NCBI GenBank assembly: GCA_965279525.1
Contig: CBDIIB010000005.1
Coordinates: 960,001-1,024,000 of the forward strand
Direction: 5' to 3'
DNA: 64,000 bases
Origin: Tagaea sp.
GTDB taxonomy: Bacteria; Pseudomonadota; Alphaproteobacteria; CACIAM-22H2
Both the position numbers and the translations under genes were made by a program. The stretch's first letter is position 1, and each line of letters opens with the position of its first letter. Below are positions 10,001 to 19,428 of this stretch, one piece after another. The notes under the pieces were generated by a model, which made no database searches, was not told the DNA's origin, and worked only from the letters and a program-made list of their open reading frames with translations.

Positions 10001-11088
10001 GCCTTCACCCGGATCTTGTTGTGATAGACGGTCTCGCTGTAGCCCGACCACGTATCGAACTTGGCCTTGTAGGCCATGTACGAGTCGTGGACCTTCTTGA
10101 CAACCGGATCGCGCGCGACGGCTTCCTCGAGGATCTTGTCGTTGGCCGTGCGCAGCGCGTCGATGACCGGATCTGGAAGTGCCGACGCGATGACGCCCTG
10201 GTTCTTGATCAGGTCTTCCATCGCCTCGGCATTGTTCTTCTGGCACCACGCTTCGGAGATGACATTGCATGCGGCCGTCGCGTTCTCGACGATGGCCTTG
10301 AGGTCGGCCGGCAGCCGGCCCCAGGCGGCCTTGTTGATGATGAGTTCGGAGGCCGTCGCCGTCTCGTGCCAGCCGGTCGTGTAGTAGTACTTGGCCGCAC
10401 GCTGCAGGCCGAGCTGGCGGTCGAGGAACGGGCCGACGAACTCGGCCGCGTCGATGACGCCGCGCTCGAGGGCCGGGAAGATCTCGCCGCCCGGCAGCAG
10501 GCGCACGTCGACACCCAGCGTCTGGTAGACGCGCCCGGCAAGACCGGGGATGCGCATCTTGAGGCCCTTGAAATCCTCGATCTTCTCGATCGGCTTCTTG
10601 AACCAGCCGGTCATCTGCACGCCGGTATTGCCGCACAGGAACGGCACGACGTTGAAACGGTCATAGACCTCGCGCCACAGGCCGAGGCCGCCGCCGTCGT
10701 ACATCCAGCCGTTCAGGCCCTGGAAATTGAGACCGAACGGGACGGCGGTGAAATACTGGGCAGCGAAGCTCTTGCCGGTCCAGAAATAGGCATTGGCGTA
10801 GTTCATCTCGACGATGCCCTGCGAGACCGCATCGAAGCCCTCGCCGGCCGGCACAAGTTCGCCCGCCCCGAAGAACTGGATCTTGATGCGACCGTTCGAC
10901 ATCGCCTGTATGCGTTCGATCAGGTCCTTGGCGGACCCGGGACCGGTCGAATAAAACGCGGCATTGGGACCGTAGAAGCTGGTCATGCGCCAGTTGAAGG
11001 TGGTCTGCGCCGTGACGACGGCAGGGGCCGCAAGCGTGGCGCCGGTGGCGCCGGCGACGGCACCCGAAATGAATCTGCGACGGAGCAT
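9997..11088 (-). CDS. dctP: TRAP substrate-binding protein (DctP, TakP-like) with Tat signal
   Basis: MLRRRFISG Tat motif; GNTGVQMTGWF, GLKMRIPG and LERGVIDAAEFVGP motifs. Confidence 0.9.
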   Translation of the reverse strand: MLRRRFISGAVAGATGATLAAPAVVTAQTTFNWRMTSFYGPNAAFYSTGPGSAKDLIERIQAMSNGRIKIQFFGAGELVPAGEGFDAVSQGIVEMNYANAYFWTGKSFAAQYFTAVPFGLNFQGLNGWMYDGGGLGLWREVYDRFNVVPFLCGNTGVQMTGWFKKPIEKIEDFKGLKMRIPGLAGRVYQTLGVDVRLLPGGEIFPALERGVIDAAEFVGPFLDRQLGLQRAAKYYYTTGWHETATASELIINKAAWGRLPADLKAIVENATAACNVISEAWCQKNNAEAMEDLIKNQGVIASALPDPVIDALRTANDKILEEAVARDPVVKKVHDSYMAYKAKFDTWSGYSETVYHNKIRVKA

Positions 11089-11132
11089 GGCTGACCTCGG
11101 ATCGGAAAGGAGGAATCGGGAACTCCCCTTTC

Positions 11133-11163
11133 AGCAATCCATATGCCAGCAATCATGCCGCCA
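11133..11163 (-). promoter_or_regulatory. sigma54 (-24/-12) promoter element(s) for the TRAP operon
   Basis: Minus strand reads TGGCGGCATGATTGC-TGGCATATGGATTGCT; both units fit TGGC...TTGC with GG-N10-GC spacing. Confidence 0.65.
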
Positions 11164-11174
11164 TTTGGTTGCGC

Positions 11175-11930
11175 TCAGATGCAGCGGCCGCCATCGACCT
11201 CGAAGGCCACGCCGGTGATGAATTCCGCCTCGTCCGAGCATAGATAGAGGGCGGCGTTCGCGATGTCCGTCGGCGTCGACAGCCGGCCCAGCGGGATCGA
11301 TGCCTTGAACTGTGCGCGCTTTTCCGGCGTGTCGGTTCCCATGAATGTCGCCAGCAGCGGCGTGTCGCCGGCAACGGGGCACAGGCAGTTCACGCGGATC
11401 TTCTCGGGTGCGAGTTCCACGGCCATCGCCTTGGTAAGCGTGATCGCCGCCCCCTTCGAGCCATTGTACCAGACAAGGCCGGGGCGCGGCCTTAGGCCCG
11501 CGGTCGATGCCGTGTTGAGGATCACGCCCCCGCCCTGGCGGCGGAAGACCGGAACAGCCTCGATCGCGGCGAGGTAGATCGACTTCACGTTGACCGCGAA
11601 GACGCGGTCGAACGTCGCTTCGTCGACGCCGAGCATCGGCCCGTTGACGTGGCTGATGCCGGCGTTGTTGACGAGGATGTCGAGCCGGCCCCACCCGTCG
11701 GTCGCGGCAGCGACCATCTTCTTCGTGTCGTCGGCGCGCGATACATCGATCCGCACGGCCTTGGCCGTTCCGCCCGCGCGCCCGATCGCCTCGGCCACGC
11801 GCGCGGCGCCGGCAAGATCGATGTCGGCGACGATGACTTTCGCTCCTTCGGCCGCGAAGCGCTCCGCGATCCCCTCGCCGAAGCCCGAGCCGCCGCCGGT
11901 CACGATCGCGACCTTGTCCTTGAGACGCAT
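11175..11930 (-). CDS. short-chain dehydrogenase/reductase
   Basis: TGGGSGFG, NNAG and YNGSK catalytic motifs. Confidence 0.92.
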   Translation of the reverse strand: MRLKDKVAIVTGGGSGFGEGIAERFAAEGAKVIVADIDLAGAARVAEAIGRAGGTAKAVRIDVSRADDTKKMVAAATDGWGRLDILVNNAGISHVNGPMLGVDEATFDRVFAVNVKSIYLAAIEAVPVFRRQGGGVILNTASTAGLRPRPGLVWYNGSKGAAITLTKAMAVELAPEKIRVNCLCPVAGDTPLLATFMGTDTPEKRAQFKASIPLGRLSTPTDIANAALYLCSDEAEFITGVAFEVDGGRCI

Positions 11931-12003
11931 GCCATTCCCCCCTCTTTTGCCGGGAGTCTAGCGGGTCGACGGCATTGTGCGCTAGCGTGCGACGCACAGC
12001 CGG

Positions 12004-13482
12004 ATGACCGACATACCCGCCCACTACTGGATCTACCTTGCCGCCGTGGCGCTCGCGATGCTCTGGCTCGCAGTCGCGGGCATGCGTTCGCGCGATCCGG
12101 TGCGCCGTCGCCTTTCGGCCCTCGGGATCGTGCTGCTGGTCGCCACGGCCCTGTGGGTCGGCGGGCCGAAGCTCGCCGGGCAGTTCGCCTCGCCGACGCT
12201 CAAGGGCCTGATCGCGGACGCGGCACGCGTCTTCGGCGTGCTGTGGTGGGTGCTGCTCGCCTTCATCCTGCTGGTCGGACTGGAGCGCTTCGTCTGGCGG
12301 ACGCTCGACAAGCGCAAGATCGCGGTACCCAAGCTGCTGAAGGACGTCGTGCGCGCCCTCGTGATGATCGTGGCGCTGTTCGGCATCGTTTCGGCGGCGT
12401 TCGACCAGTCCTTCACCGGCGTGCTCGCGGCCTCCGGCGTGCTTGCGGTCGTCATCGGCTTTGCCATGCAGTCGACGCTGGCCGACCTGTTCAGCGGGAT
12501 AGCGCTCAACATCGAGCGGCCCTACCGCGTGGACGACTGGGTGCAGATCGACAGCAATCTCGTGGGCCAGGTGCAGGAGATCAACTGGCGGGCCACGCGC
12601 CTGCGCTCGGCCGACGGCAACACGGTCGTGCTGCCGAACTCCAAGCTCGCCGCCGCCCAGATCGTCAACTACACCACGCCCGTCCCGCGCTACCGCGCAT
12701 CGGTCCTCGTTCCGCTCGATGCAGGCGTGCCGCCTGGCGTCGCCAAGGAAGCGCTCGCCGCCGCCGCGCTCAAGGCCATGCGCGTATGCGCCGATCCGGG
12801 GCCGACGGTCGAAACCAAGTCGATCGAGTATTCGACCGTCATCTACGACGTGCGCTACTGGGTCGATTCGTTCAACGATGATTCGATCGTGCACGACGAG
12901 GTGACGACGTCGATCTGGTACGCGCTTGACGCCGCCGGCATCGCCATCGGCCAGCCGATGCAGACCGACCGGTCGATGCACGAGCGGCTGCTCGACCATG
13001 TCGACCTGTTCCGCATGCTTGAACCCGAGCTGCGCGCGCGCATCGCGGCGGCGGCGCAGACCGTCTCGTTCCATAGCGGCGACGACGTGGTGCGGCACGG
13101 CGACACCGACAACTCGCTCTTCATCGTCGCGCGCGGCGTGTTCGAGGTCAGCCTCGAGAACGAAGGCAAGCGCGTGGCGGTGGCACGGCTGGGTACCGGC
13201 GATTTCTTCGGCGAGATGTCGCTGCTGACCGGCAGCCCCCGCAGCGCGCACGTGACGGCACTTTGCGATACGACGGCACTCGAGATTGACAAGAGCGCGC
13301 TGGGTCCGATCCTGAAGACGAACCCCACGCTCGCGAAGCTGCTGGGCGAAACCGTGCTACACCGTCGCCTTGCCAACGACGCCATGTTGCGTGCCATGCC
13401 GCCGACCGAACGGCGCACGGCCACGCGCAGCCAGGCCGCCGAGCTTCTCGATCGAATCCGCGCGTTCTTCGCGCTCGACTGA
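12004..13482 (+). CDS. MscS-family mechanosensitive channel with C-terminal cNMP-binding domain
   Basis: TM N-terminus; GFAMQSTLADLFSG, ERPYRVDDW and INWRAT MscS motifs; GDFFGEMSLLTGSPRSAHV cNMP motif. Confidence 0.88.
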   Translation: MTDIPAHYWIYLAAVALAMLWLAVAGMRSRDPVRRRLSALGIVLLVATALWVGGPKLAGQFASPTLKGLIADAARVFGVLWWVLLAFILLVGLERFVWRTLDKRKIAVPKLLKDVVRALVMIVALFGIVSAAFDQSFTGVLAASGVLAVVIGFAMQSTLADLFSGIALNIERPYRVDDWVQIDSNLVGQVQEINWRATRLRSADGNTVVLPNSKLAAAQIVNYTTPVPRYRASVLVPLDAGVPPGVAKEALAAAALKAMRVCADPGPTVETKSIEYSTVIYDVRYWVDSFNDDSIVHDEVTTSIWYALDAAGIAIGQPMQTDRSMHERLLDHVDLFRMLEPELRARIAAAAQTVSFHSGDDVVRHGDTDNSLFIVARGVFEVSLENEGKRVAVARLGTGDFFGEMSLLTGSPRSAHVTALCDTTALEIDKSALGPILKTNPTLAKLLGETVLHRRLANDAMLRAMPPTERRTATRSQAAELLDRIRAFFALD

Positions 13483-13492
13483 AGGTCCGACG

Positions 13493-14536
13493 ATGGAAAC
13501 AAGTCCCGAGCGGCAGGAATTCTACGACCGCATCGCCAGTGCCGGCCTGGCACCACTGTGGGAAGTGATGAAGGGCCTCATCACCAAGGAACCGAAAAGC
13601 GCTGCCGTCGCCCATCTGTGGCGCTACGAGGCCATCCGGCCCTTCATTCTCGAAGCCGGCGGTCTCATCACCGCCAAGGAAGCCGAGCGGCGCGTCCTGA
13701 TCCTCGAGAATCCGGGCCTGCCCGGGCAGTCGCGGATCACCAATTCGCTCTATGCCGGGCTGCAGCTGATCTTGCCGGGCGAAGTGGCACCGGCGCACCG
13801 CCACACGCAGTCGGCGCTGCGTTTCGTCGTCGAGGGCAGCGGCGCCTATACCGCCGTCGAAGGCGAGAAGACGGTCATGCGGCCGGGCGATTTCGTCATC
13901 ACGCCGTCCTGGGCGTGGCACGATCACGGCAACGAATCGCCCGATCCGATGGTGTGGCTCGACGGGTTGGACATCCCGATCGTCGGCTTCTTCGACGCCT
14001 CGTTCGCCGAGAGCCATGCCGACGACAGCCAACAGCTGGCGCGGCCCGTCGGCGACTCGATGGCCCGCTTCGGCGAGGGACTGCTGCCGGTGGGCTTCGA
14101 GCGCCGCTCGGCCACCAGCCCGGTCTTCAATTATCCCTATGAGCGCACGCGCGCCGCCCTCGAGACGCTGCGCCGCACGCAGGAATGGGACCCGTGCAAC
14201 GGCCTGCACATGCGCTACGTCAATCCGCTGGACGGCGGCTGGGCGATGCCGACGATCGGCACGACGATCCAGCTTCTGCCCGGCGGCTTCACGACGCAGC
14301 CCTACCGTTCGACCGACGGCACCGTGTTCTGCTGCACCGAAGGGCGCGGCAAGACGCACGTCTTCGGCCCGGGCGGCCGGCTCGAGACACTGGAATGGGG
14401 GCCGCGCGACATCTTCGTCGTGCCGTCGTGGAACTGGCGGCGCCACGAGGCGAGCGAAGACGCCGTGCTGTTCGCCTTCTCCGACAGGCCGGTGCAGGAA
14501 AAGCTCGGCCTGTGGCGCGAGGCGCGCGGGAACTAG
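13493..14536 (+). CDS. gtdA: gentisate 1,2-dioxygenase (bicupin)
   Basis: AERRVLILENPG, APAHRHTQSALRF, WHDHGN, WLDGLDIP, FSDRPVQEKLGLWRE. Confidence 0.9.
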   Translation: METSPERQEFYDRIASAGLAPLWEVMKGLITKEPKSAAVAHLWRYEAIRPFILEAGGLITAKEAERRVLILENPGLPGQSRITNSLYAGLQLILPGEVAPAHRHTQSALRFVVEGSGAYTAVEGEKTVMRPGDFVITPSWAWHDHGNESPDPMVWLDGLDIPIVGFFDASFAESHADDSQQLARPVGDSMARFGEGLLPVGFERRSATSPVFNYPYERTRAALETLRRTQEWDPCNGLHMRYVNPLDGGWAMPTIGTTIQLLPGGFTTQPYRSTDGTVFCCTEGRGKTHVFGPGGRLETLEWGPRDIFVVPSWNWRRHEASEDAVLFAFSDRPVQEKLGLWREARGN

Positions 14537-15381
14537 TCCGCCTTGATCGGATTGCGCAGCAGACCCACGCCGGTGATCTCGACCTCGACCGTGTCGCCGG
14601 GGAACATGTATTCCGGCGGCGTGCGGGCATTGCCGACCCCGCCCGGGGTGCCGGTGACGATCACGTCGCCCGGCTCGAGCGGTGCGAACGTCGAGATGTA
14701 GGCGATCAGCTGCGGAATGTCGTGGATCAGCATGTCGATCGTGGCCTGCTGCTTCACATGGCCATTCACGCGCGTGGTCAGCGTCTGCTTGGTGATGTCC
14801 TTCATCTCGTCGGACGTCACCATCCACGGGCCGAAACCGCCCGTTCCGGCGAAATTCTTGCCAGCGGTGAATTGCGAGGTGTGGCGCTGGTAGTCGCGCA
14901 CCGAGCCGTCGTTGTAGCAGGCATAGCCTGCGACGTATCCCATCGCCTTCTCGCGCGCGATGCGCCGGCCCTTCTTGCCGATCACGATGGCAAGTTCCCC
15001 TTCCCAGTCGAGCCGTTCGCTCTCCTTGGGCTTGAGCATCGGCTGGCCGTGGCCGATCTGGGTATATGCGTAGCGCGTGAAGATCGTCGGATGCTGCGTG
15101 TCGGGACGGCCGGTTTCGGCGCGGTGCTCGCGATAATTGACGCCGGCGCAGAAGATGATCGACGCATCGGGAATGACCGGCATCCAGACGAACTTGCCGT
15201 CCTTGATGTCGGGTTTGCGGCCCTTGGCATAGGCCTTGAGCTTGGCGAGGCCGCCGCCGAGCAGGGCCAGGCGCAATGTGGGCCATTTCTTGCCGAATTT
15301 CTTGCCGAGGTCGACCAGACCGCCGGCGACAATGGCGCCATAGGTTTCTTTCTTGCCGACGCGCACGCTCGCGAGCTTCAT
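14533..15381 (-). CDS. fumarylacetoacetate hydrolase family protein
   Basis: GVNYREH, DWEGELAIVIG, NDGSVRDYQ, GKNF, PGDVIVTGTPGGVG. Confidence 0.9.
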   Translation of the reverse strand: MKLASVRVGKKETYGAIVAGGLVDLGKKFGKKWPTLRLALLGGGLAKLKAYAKGRKPDIKDGKFVWMPVIPDASIIFCAGVNYREHRAETGRPDTQHPTIFTRYAYTQIGHGQPMLKPKESERLDWEGELAIVIGKKGRRIAREKAMGYVAGYACYNDGSVRDYQRHTSQFTAGKNFAGTGGFGPWMVTSDEMKDITKQTLTTRVNGHVKQQATIDMLIHDIPQLIAYISTFAPLEPGDVIVTGTPGGVGNARTPPEYMFPGDTVEVEITGVGLLRNPIKAD

Positions 15382-15494
15382 ATGCGATCTTCCTTCCCCG
15401 GATGACCCGGCCGGTCTTGCGCCGGCCGGCAAATTCGATGCCCGTTGGATAGCCCGTCCGGCGGTTTGCGGCAACCCCGTCAGCAGCACAAGAA

Positions 15495-16142
15495 ATGACC
15501 CTGGAATCGCCTCCGGAATTCGACGAAACCTTTGCCGGTCAGCTCGATTCGCTGTTGCGCTGGCGGCGCGACGTGCGTCATTTCCGGACCGAACCCCTGC
15601 CGGCGGGCACGCTGGAAGCGCTCGTCGCGCGCGCCGCCCTCGCCCCGTCGGTGGGCAACAGCCAGCCTTGGCGCTTCGTGCGCGTGGCCGATCCCGCAAG
15701 ACGGGCAGCGGTAAGGGCCGAGTTCGAGCGCTGCAACGCGGCCGTCCTGGCAGGTCAGGACGGCGAACGGGCCGCACGCTATTCGACGTTGAAGCTCGCC
15801 GGGCTGGATCGGGCGCCCGAACATCTTGCCGTGTTCTGCGACGACGGCACGCTTGCCGGCCACGGCCTGGGCCGCGCCACGATGCCCGAGACGCTGCGCT
15901 ACTCGGCCGTGGGGGCGGTGTCGGCACTGTGGCTCGCCGCCCGCGCGCGCGGCATCGGCGTCGGCTGGGTCTCCATCCTCGAGCCAGCGCGCGTCGCAGC
16001 ACTCCTCGAGGTTCCCGGCGACTGGTCGCTCGTCGCCTATCTATGCGTGGGCTGGCCGACGTCCGACAGCGACGTGCCGGAACTGGAGCGCGCCGGCTGG
16101 CAGGCCCGCGACCCGCGTGCTTCGGAGATTCTCGCGCGCTAG
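15495..16142 (+). CDS. bluB: 5,6-dimethylbenzimidazole synthase (nitroreductase fold)
   Basis: WRRDVRHF, APSVGNSQPWRF, LKLAGL, GVGWVSI, PELERAGW. Confidence 0.9.
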   Translation: MTLESPPEFDETFAGQLDSLLRWRRDVRHFRTEPLPAGTLEALVARAALAPSVGNSQPWRFVRVADPARRAAVRAEFERCNAAVLAGQDGERAARYSTLKLAGLDRAPEHLAVFCDDGTLAGHGLGRATMPETLRYSAVGAVSALWLAARARGIGVGWVSILEPARVAALLEVPGDWSLVAYLCVGWPTSDSDVPELERAGWQARDPRASEILAR

Positions 16143-16146
16143 ATGC

Positions 16147-16998
16147 CTAGCTGCGCATCCAAGCTCCGCCCCACAGATTGAGCGCGCGCTCGCCGTGCTC
16201 CCAGCGCCGCGCCTTCGTGTCCACCCCCATCGTCTCGAGCTCGGCGGAGATCTCGACCTTGTAGCCGTCGGGGTCCTCGACCATGAAGAACAGGTTGTTG
16301 CCCGGCCCGTGCCGGCCCGGCCCCCACCACAATTTTACGTGAAGGCTCGCCATGTGGTCGGCCCATAGCTTGATGTCGCTCCAGCCCGTGGTCTCGTAGG
16401 CATGGTGGTCGCCGCCCGCCTTGGGTGCGCGGAACGCCGCCAGCGAATGGTGTTCGGCATCCGAGCGCCAGAACGTCGCGGTCACCTGGTTGCCCTGCAT
16501 CACGTCGTCCGACGTGCGGAAGCCGAGCTTGCCGACATAGAAATCGACCAGCCGCGCGAGATCTGTCGTCGCGTGGACGACATGCTGCAGGCGTCCGGGC
16601 AGCGCTTGGGCGCCTGCGCCCGGCGGCGGCACGGGAAACTTCGCGTCCGGCAGGCCGAAGGCAAGGATGCGCGCGTCGGGATCGACGAGCGCGAAGCCTT
16701 CGGCGAACAGCGGCGTGGCGTTGGGCAGTACGGCAAGCCCTTGTGTCGCACAGTGCGCGCGCAGGGCGGCAAGCTGGGCCAGATCGGCCACGCGGAAGGC
16801 CGACAGGTTCTGTCCGCCCTTCTCGCCCGGACCCACCAGCAGACGGCGGTTGAAACCTTCGAGCAGCCACAGCCCGTCGCCCAGATCGCGAGGCGCCATG
16901 CCGAACGCGTCGCGATAGAACGCGACGAGCCTGTCGGGCGCGTCGGAGTCCCGGCGGATGTGGTCCAGTCTTGCCGGCCAAAGCGGTGTCGAGTTCAT
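16147..16998 (-). CDS. VOC-family protein, extradiol dioxygenase-like
   Basis: Two VOC domains; LQHVV, EHHSLA, DHHAY, GPGRHGPGNNLFFMVEDPDGYKVE. Confidence 0.8.
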   Translation of the reverse strand: MNSTPLWPARLDHIRRDSDAPDRLVAFYRDAFGMAPRDLGDGLWLLEGFNRRLLVGPGEKGGQNLSAFRVADLAQLAALRAHCATQGLAVLPNATPLFAEGFALVDPDARILAFGLPDAKFPVPPPGAGAQALPGRLQHVVHATTDLARLVDFYVGKLGFRTSDDVMQGNQVTATFWRSDAEHHSLAAFRAPKAGGDHHAYETTGWSDIKLWADHMASLHVKLWWGPGRHGPGNNLFFMVEDPDGYKVEISAELETMGVDTKARRWEHGERALNLWGGAWMRS

Positions 16999-17008
16999 GC
17001 CCGTCGTC

Positions 17009-18256
17009 TCACTCCCTTGAAAATGCGTCAGCACGGCGCACGACGACGAGCGCCACAAGGCTGATGCCGGTGCACAGGATACCTGTCCCCAGCATCGTCG
17101 GCGCCACGCCGAAGACGCCGAACAGGCTCGGCGACAGGAGGCTGGCGATCATGATGCCGCCGAAGGTCATGAACATGCGCACGCGATGCACCGAGGCCGC
17201 GGCGGCGCGCGGTGCCGCAGGGCCGCCCGCAAGCTGGATGCGCATGGCAAGCGGGATGTCGCACATCGGCCCGCCGAGGGCCGCCAGCGCCAGCCCGGCA
17301 TAGAGAGCCGGCAGCAGGGCCGGTTCGGGTGCCAGCAGCGCGCCGAGCCCCATGGCGCCAAGCCCCGTTCCCATCAGCGCGAGGCCCGTTACCATGCGCA
17401 GCATCGAAAGCGACGGGGCGATCGAGACGATGACGATGTTCGAGAAGATGTTGAAGATCCCGTAGGCGGCAAGTCCGGTGCCGTAGGCGGCCACGCCCGA
17501 GATGCCAAGCCAGCTCGCACCGCTCTGCTCGATCGTCAGCGGGAATGCGTGACCGATCACCACGACCCAACAGCCGTCCGTGACGCTCTTCAGGCTCAGT
17601 ATGCTGCGGAGTGCACGCTCGGAGCGCACGATGCGTACGCCGAGAATGAATCCGCCGTCGCTGCGCCCTTCGCGCACCGGGATCGCATCGCCAACGCGCA
17701 GCAGCAGATAGGCCGCGAAAAGCAGGGCGGCCGCGTAGACGAAAAACAGGTCATGCACCGCGATGACCGTCGCGAGCGCTGCGGCAAGCAATGGGCCGGT
17801 GATGCGCGCCAAGCGGCGGACCCCGTCGATCAAGCCGTTCGTCGCGAACAGCAAGTCGCGGCTGGCGACCAGTACGGGCAGGTGGCCCTGGATCGCCGGT
17901 TCGAACTGGGCGCGCATCAGCGAGACCAGGACCGCCGGCACCATCAGGGCCGCGAAGGACGGATAGCCCGCCTCCCAGGCGATCGGCGGGACCAACACGC
18001 AGACCGCACCCACCGTCAGGAAGATCGACAGCGCCCGGCGCTGGCTTGCCGCGGCGGCGAGCGCGCCGCCGAACGCAGCACCCACCAGCATGCAGGCCGA
18101 TTGCATGGCACCCAGATAGCCCGCCTGCCGGCCGACGATGCCGACGGCAAGCCAGACGAGTGCCACGCGATAGAGTTCGTCGCCCATCGTGAACACGCTG
18201 AGCGCCGTCCAGAGCCGGGCGATGATCGGGTTCTTGAGAGGGGCGAGCGCCCTCAC
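17009..18256 (-). CDS. MFS transporter
   Basis: GTG start overlaps the upstream stop; about 12 hydrophobic segments; LWTALSVFTMGDELYRVALVW resembles DHA3/macrolide-type MFS. Confidence 0.75.
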   Translation of the reverse strand: MRALAPLKNPIIARLWTALSVFTMGDELYRVALVWLAVGIVGRQAGYLGAMQSACMLVGAAFGGALAAAASQRRALSIFLTVGAVCVLVPPIAWEAGYPSFAALMVPAVLVSLMRAQFEPAIQGHLPVLVASRDLLFATNGLIDGVRRLARITGPLLAAALATVIAVHDLFFVYAAALLFAAYLLLRVGDAIPVREGRSDGGFILGVRIVRSERALRSILSLKSVTDGCWVVVIGHAFPLTIEQSGASWLGISGVAAYGTGLAAYGIFNIFSNIVIVSIAPSLSMLRMVTGLALMGTGLGAMGLGALLAPEPALLPALYAGLALAALGGPMCDIPLAMRIQLAGGPAAPRAAAASVHRVRMFMTFGGIMIASLLSPSLFGVFGVAPTMLGTGILCTGISLVALVVVRRADAFSRE

Positions 18257-18789
18257 CTGGCGGTCGCGCGCGCGGCCTTTTTGGCCAGCGCCTGGAAGGC
18301 GCCCGCCGCGTAGAGGAGCGGAGCGCCGTTCTTGCGCGCGTGTGCCGCACGCACCTCGCCGATGAACACCGTGTGTGTGCCCGACTGGATCGCGTCGACG
18401 AGCGTGCAGTCGAAATAGGCAAGCGCGTCGGCAAGCACGGGTGCGCCAGTTGCCGCCGCGATCCAGTCCCCGCGCCCGAAGCGCTCCTCGCCCTGCACGC
18501 CGGTGGCACCGGCAAAGCGCAACGCGAGCGACTTGTGGCGCGTGCCGAGCACGTTGACCGAGAACCGTCCGGCCCGCGCGATCGCCGCGTTGGGGGCCGA
18601 ATCCCGATTGACGCACACGAGAATGCGCGGCGGCTCGGCCGACAGCGAGCAGACGGCGGTCGCCGTCAGGCCCGACCGTTCGCCCTTGCGCCCGGCCGTG
18701 GCCACGATCGTCACGCCGGCGGCGAGCCGGCGCATGGCGTTCTTGAATTCGGTGGCCGCGACGGCGGCGGCGGTGCGGCGGCGCTTCAT
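18253..18789 (-). CDS. flavin reductase family protein (HpaC-like)
   Basis: FKNAMRRLAAGVTIV, GLTATAVCSLSAEPP, GTHTVFIGEV, PLLY. Confidence 0.88.
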   Translation of the reverse strand: MKRRRTAAAVAATEFKNAMRRLAAGVTIVATAGRKGERSGLTATAVCSLSAEPPRILVCVNRDSAPNAAIARAGRFSVNVLGTRHKSLALRFAGATGVQGEERFGRGDWIAAATGAPVLADALAYFDCTLVDAIQSGTHTVFIGEVRAAHARKNGAPLLYAAGAFQALAKKAARATAR

Positions 18790-18953
18790 CGGACGGAAAC
18801 GCTGGATACGGGACCGGATTCCATGGCGGGCATCGGCTTTCGGGAAGGCTGGCGAATCGGGGAGTACTGTAGCGCCGCCGGGCGTGCCGCGCACAGGTCC
18901 CTTGCCCGTACCGGGCGGACGCGCTACGAACCCCGCGCGCGACGGGAGCACGG

Positions 18954-19406
18954 ATGCAGTCGATCCCAAGCTTGTGTTTTCTGGTCCTTTTCCTGTCCGG
19001 CCCGGTCGCCGCGCAGACCCAGCCGCGCACGCTGGAAATGGAGCTGGCGCGCGATTTCCTCGCACTCGAACTCGCCGGCTGGCGGCTCCCCGATCCCGTG
19101 CTCGACTGCATCGAAACGCTGCGTCTGTCGCGCCTGGAGCCGGGCAGCTTCGGGGCGGCCGAAATGGCGGTCGATCCGATCCTTGTCGACGGTCCCGGCC
19201 CGTTCGCCCGGGTTGTTTCGATCGAACCGGATCCGGTCGACAGGCGCCGAAGAATCGTTCGGATTCAATGGCTTGTGATCGAGCAGGGGGCTTCGAAGAC
19301 GTACAACGACATGTTCGTCATGGCGATGAACGACGCCGGCGGGGCAGCAGCGATGATGCGCGAGCCGGACCGGCTGGTCGTGCGCCGGGAATGCTTCGGC
19401 GGTTGA
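18954..19406 (+). CDS. hypothetical secreted protein
   Basis: Signal-peptide-like N-terminus (LCFLVLFLSGPVAA/Q), host-like codons, 22 bp upstream of the methyltransferase gene. Confidence 0.6.
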   Translation: MQSIPSLCFLVLFLSGPVAAQTQPRTLEMELARDFLALELAGWRLPDPVLDCIETLRLSRLEPGSFGAAEMAVDPILVDGPGPFARVVSIEPDPVDRRRRIVRIQWLVIEQGASKTYNDMFVMAMNDAGGAAAMMREPDRLVVRRECFGG

Positions 19407-19428
19407 GCCGTTAGAACGGACAGGAATC

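Noticed and set aside
15382-15494. Possible cobalamin riboswitch before bluB
   Set aside because: The spacer is only about 110 bp, shared with a divergent gene, and has no B12-box motifs.
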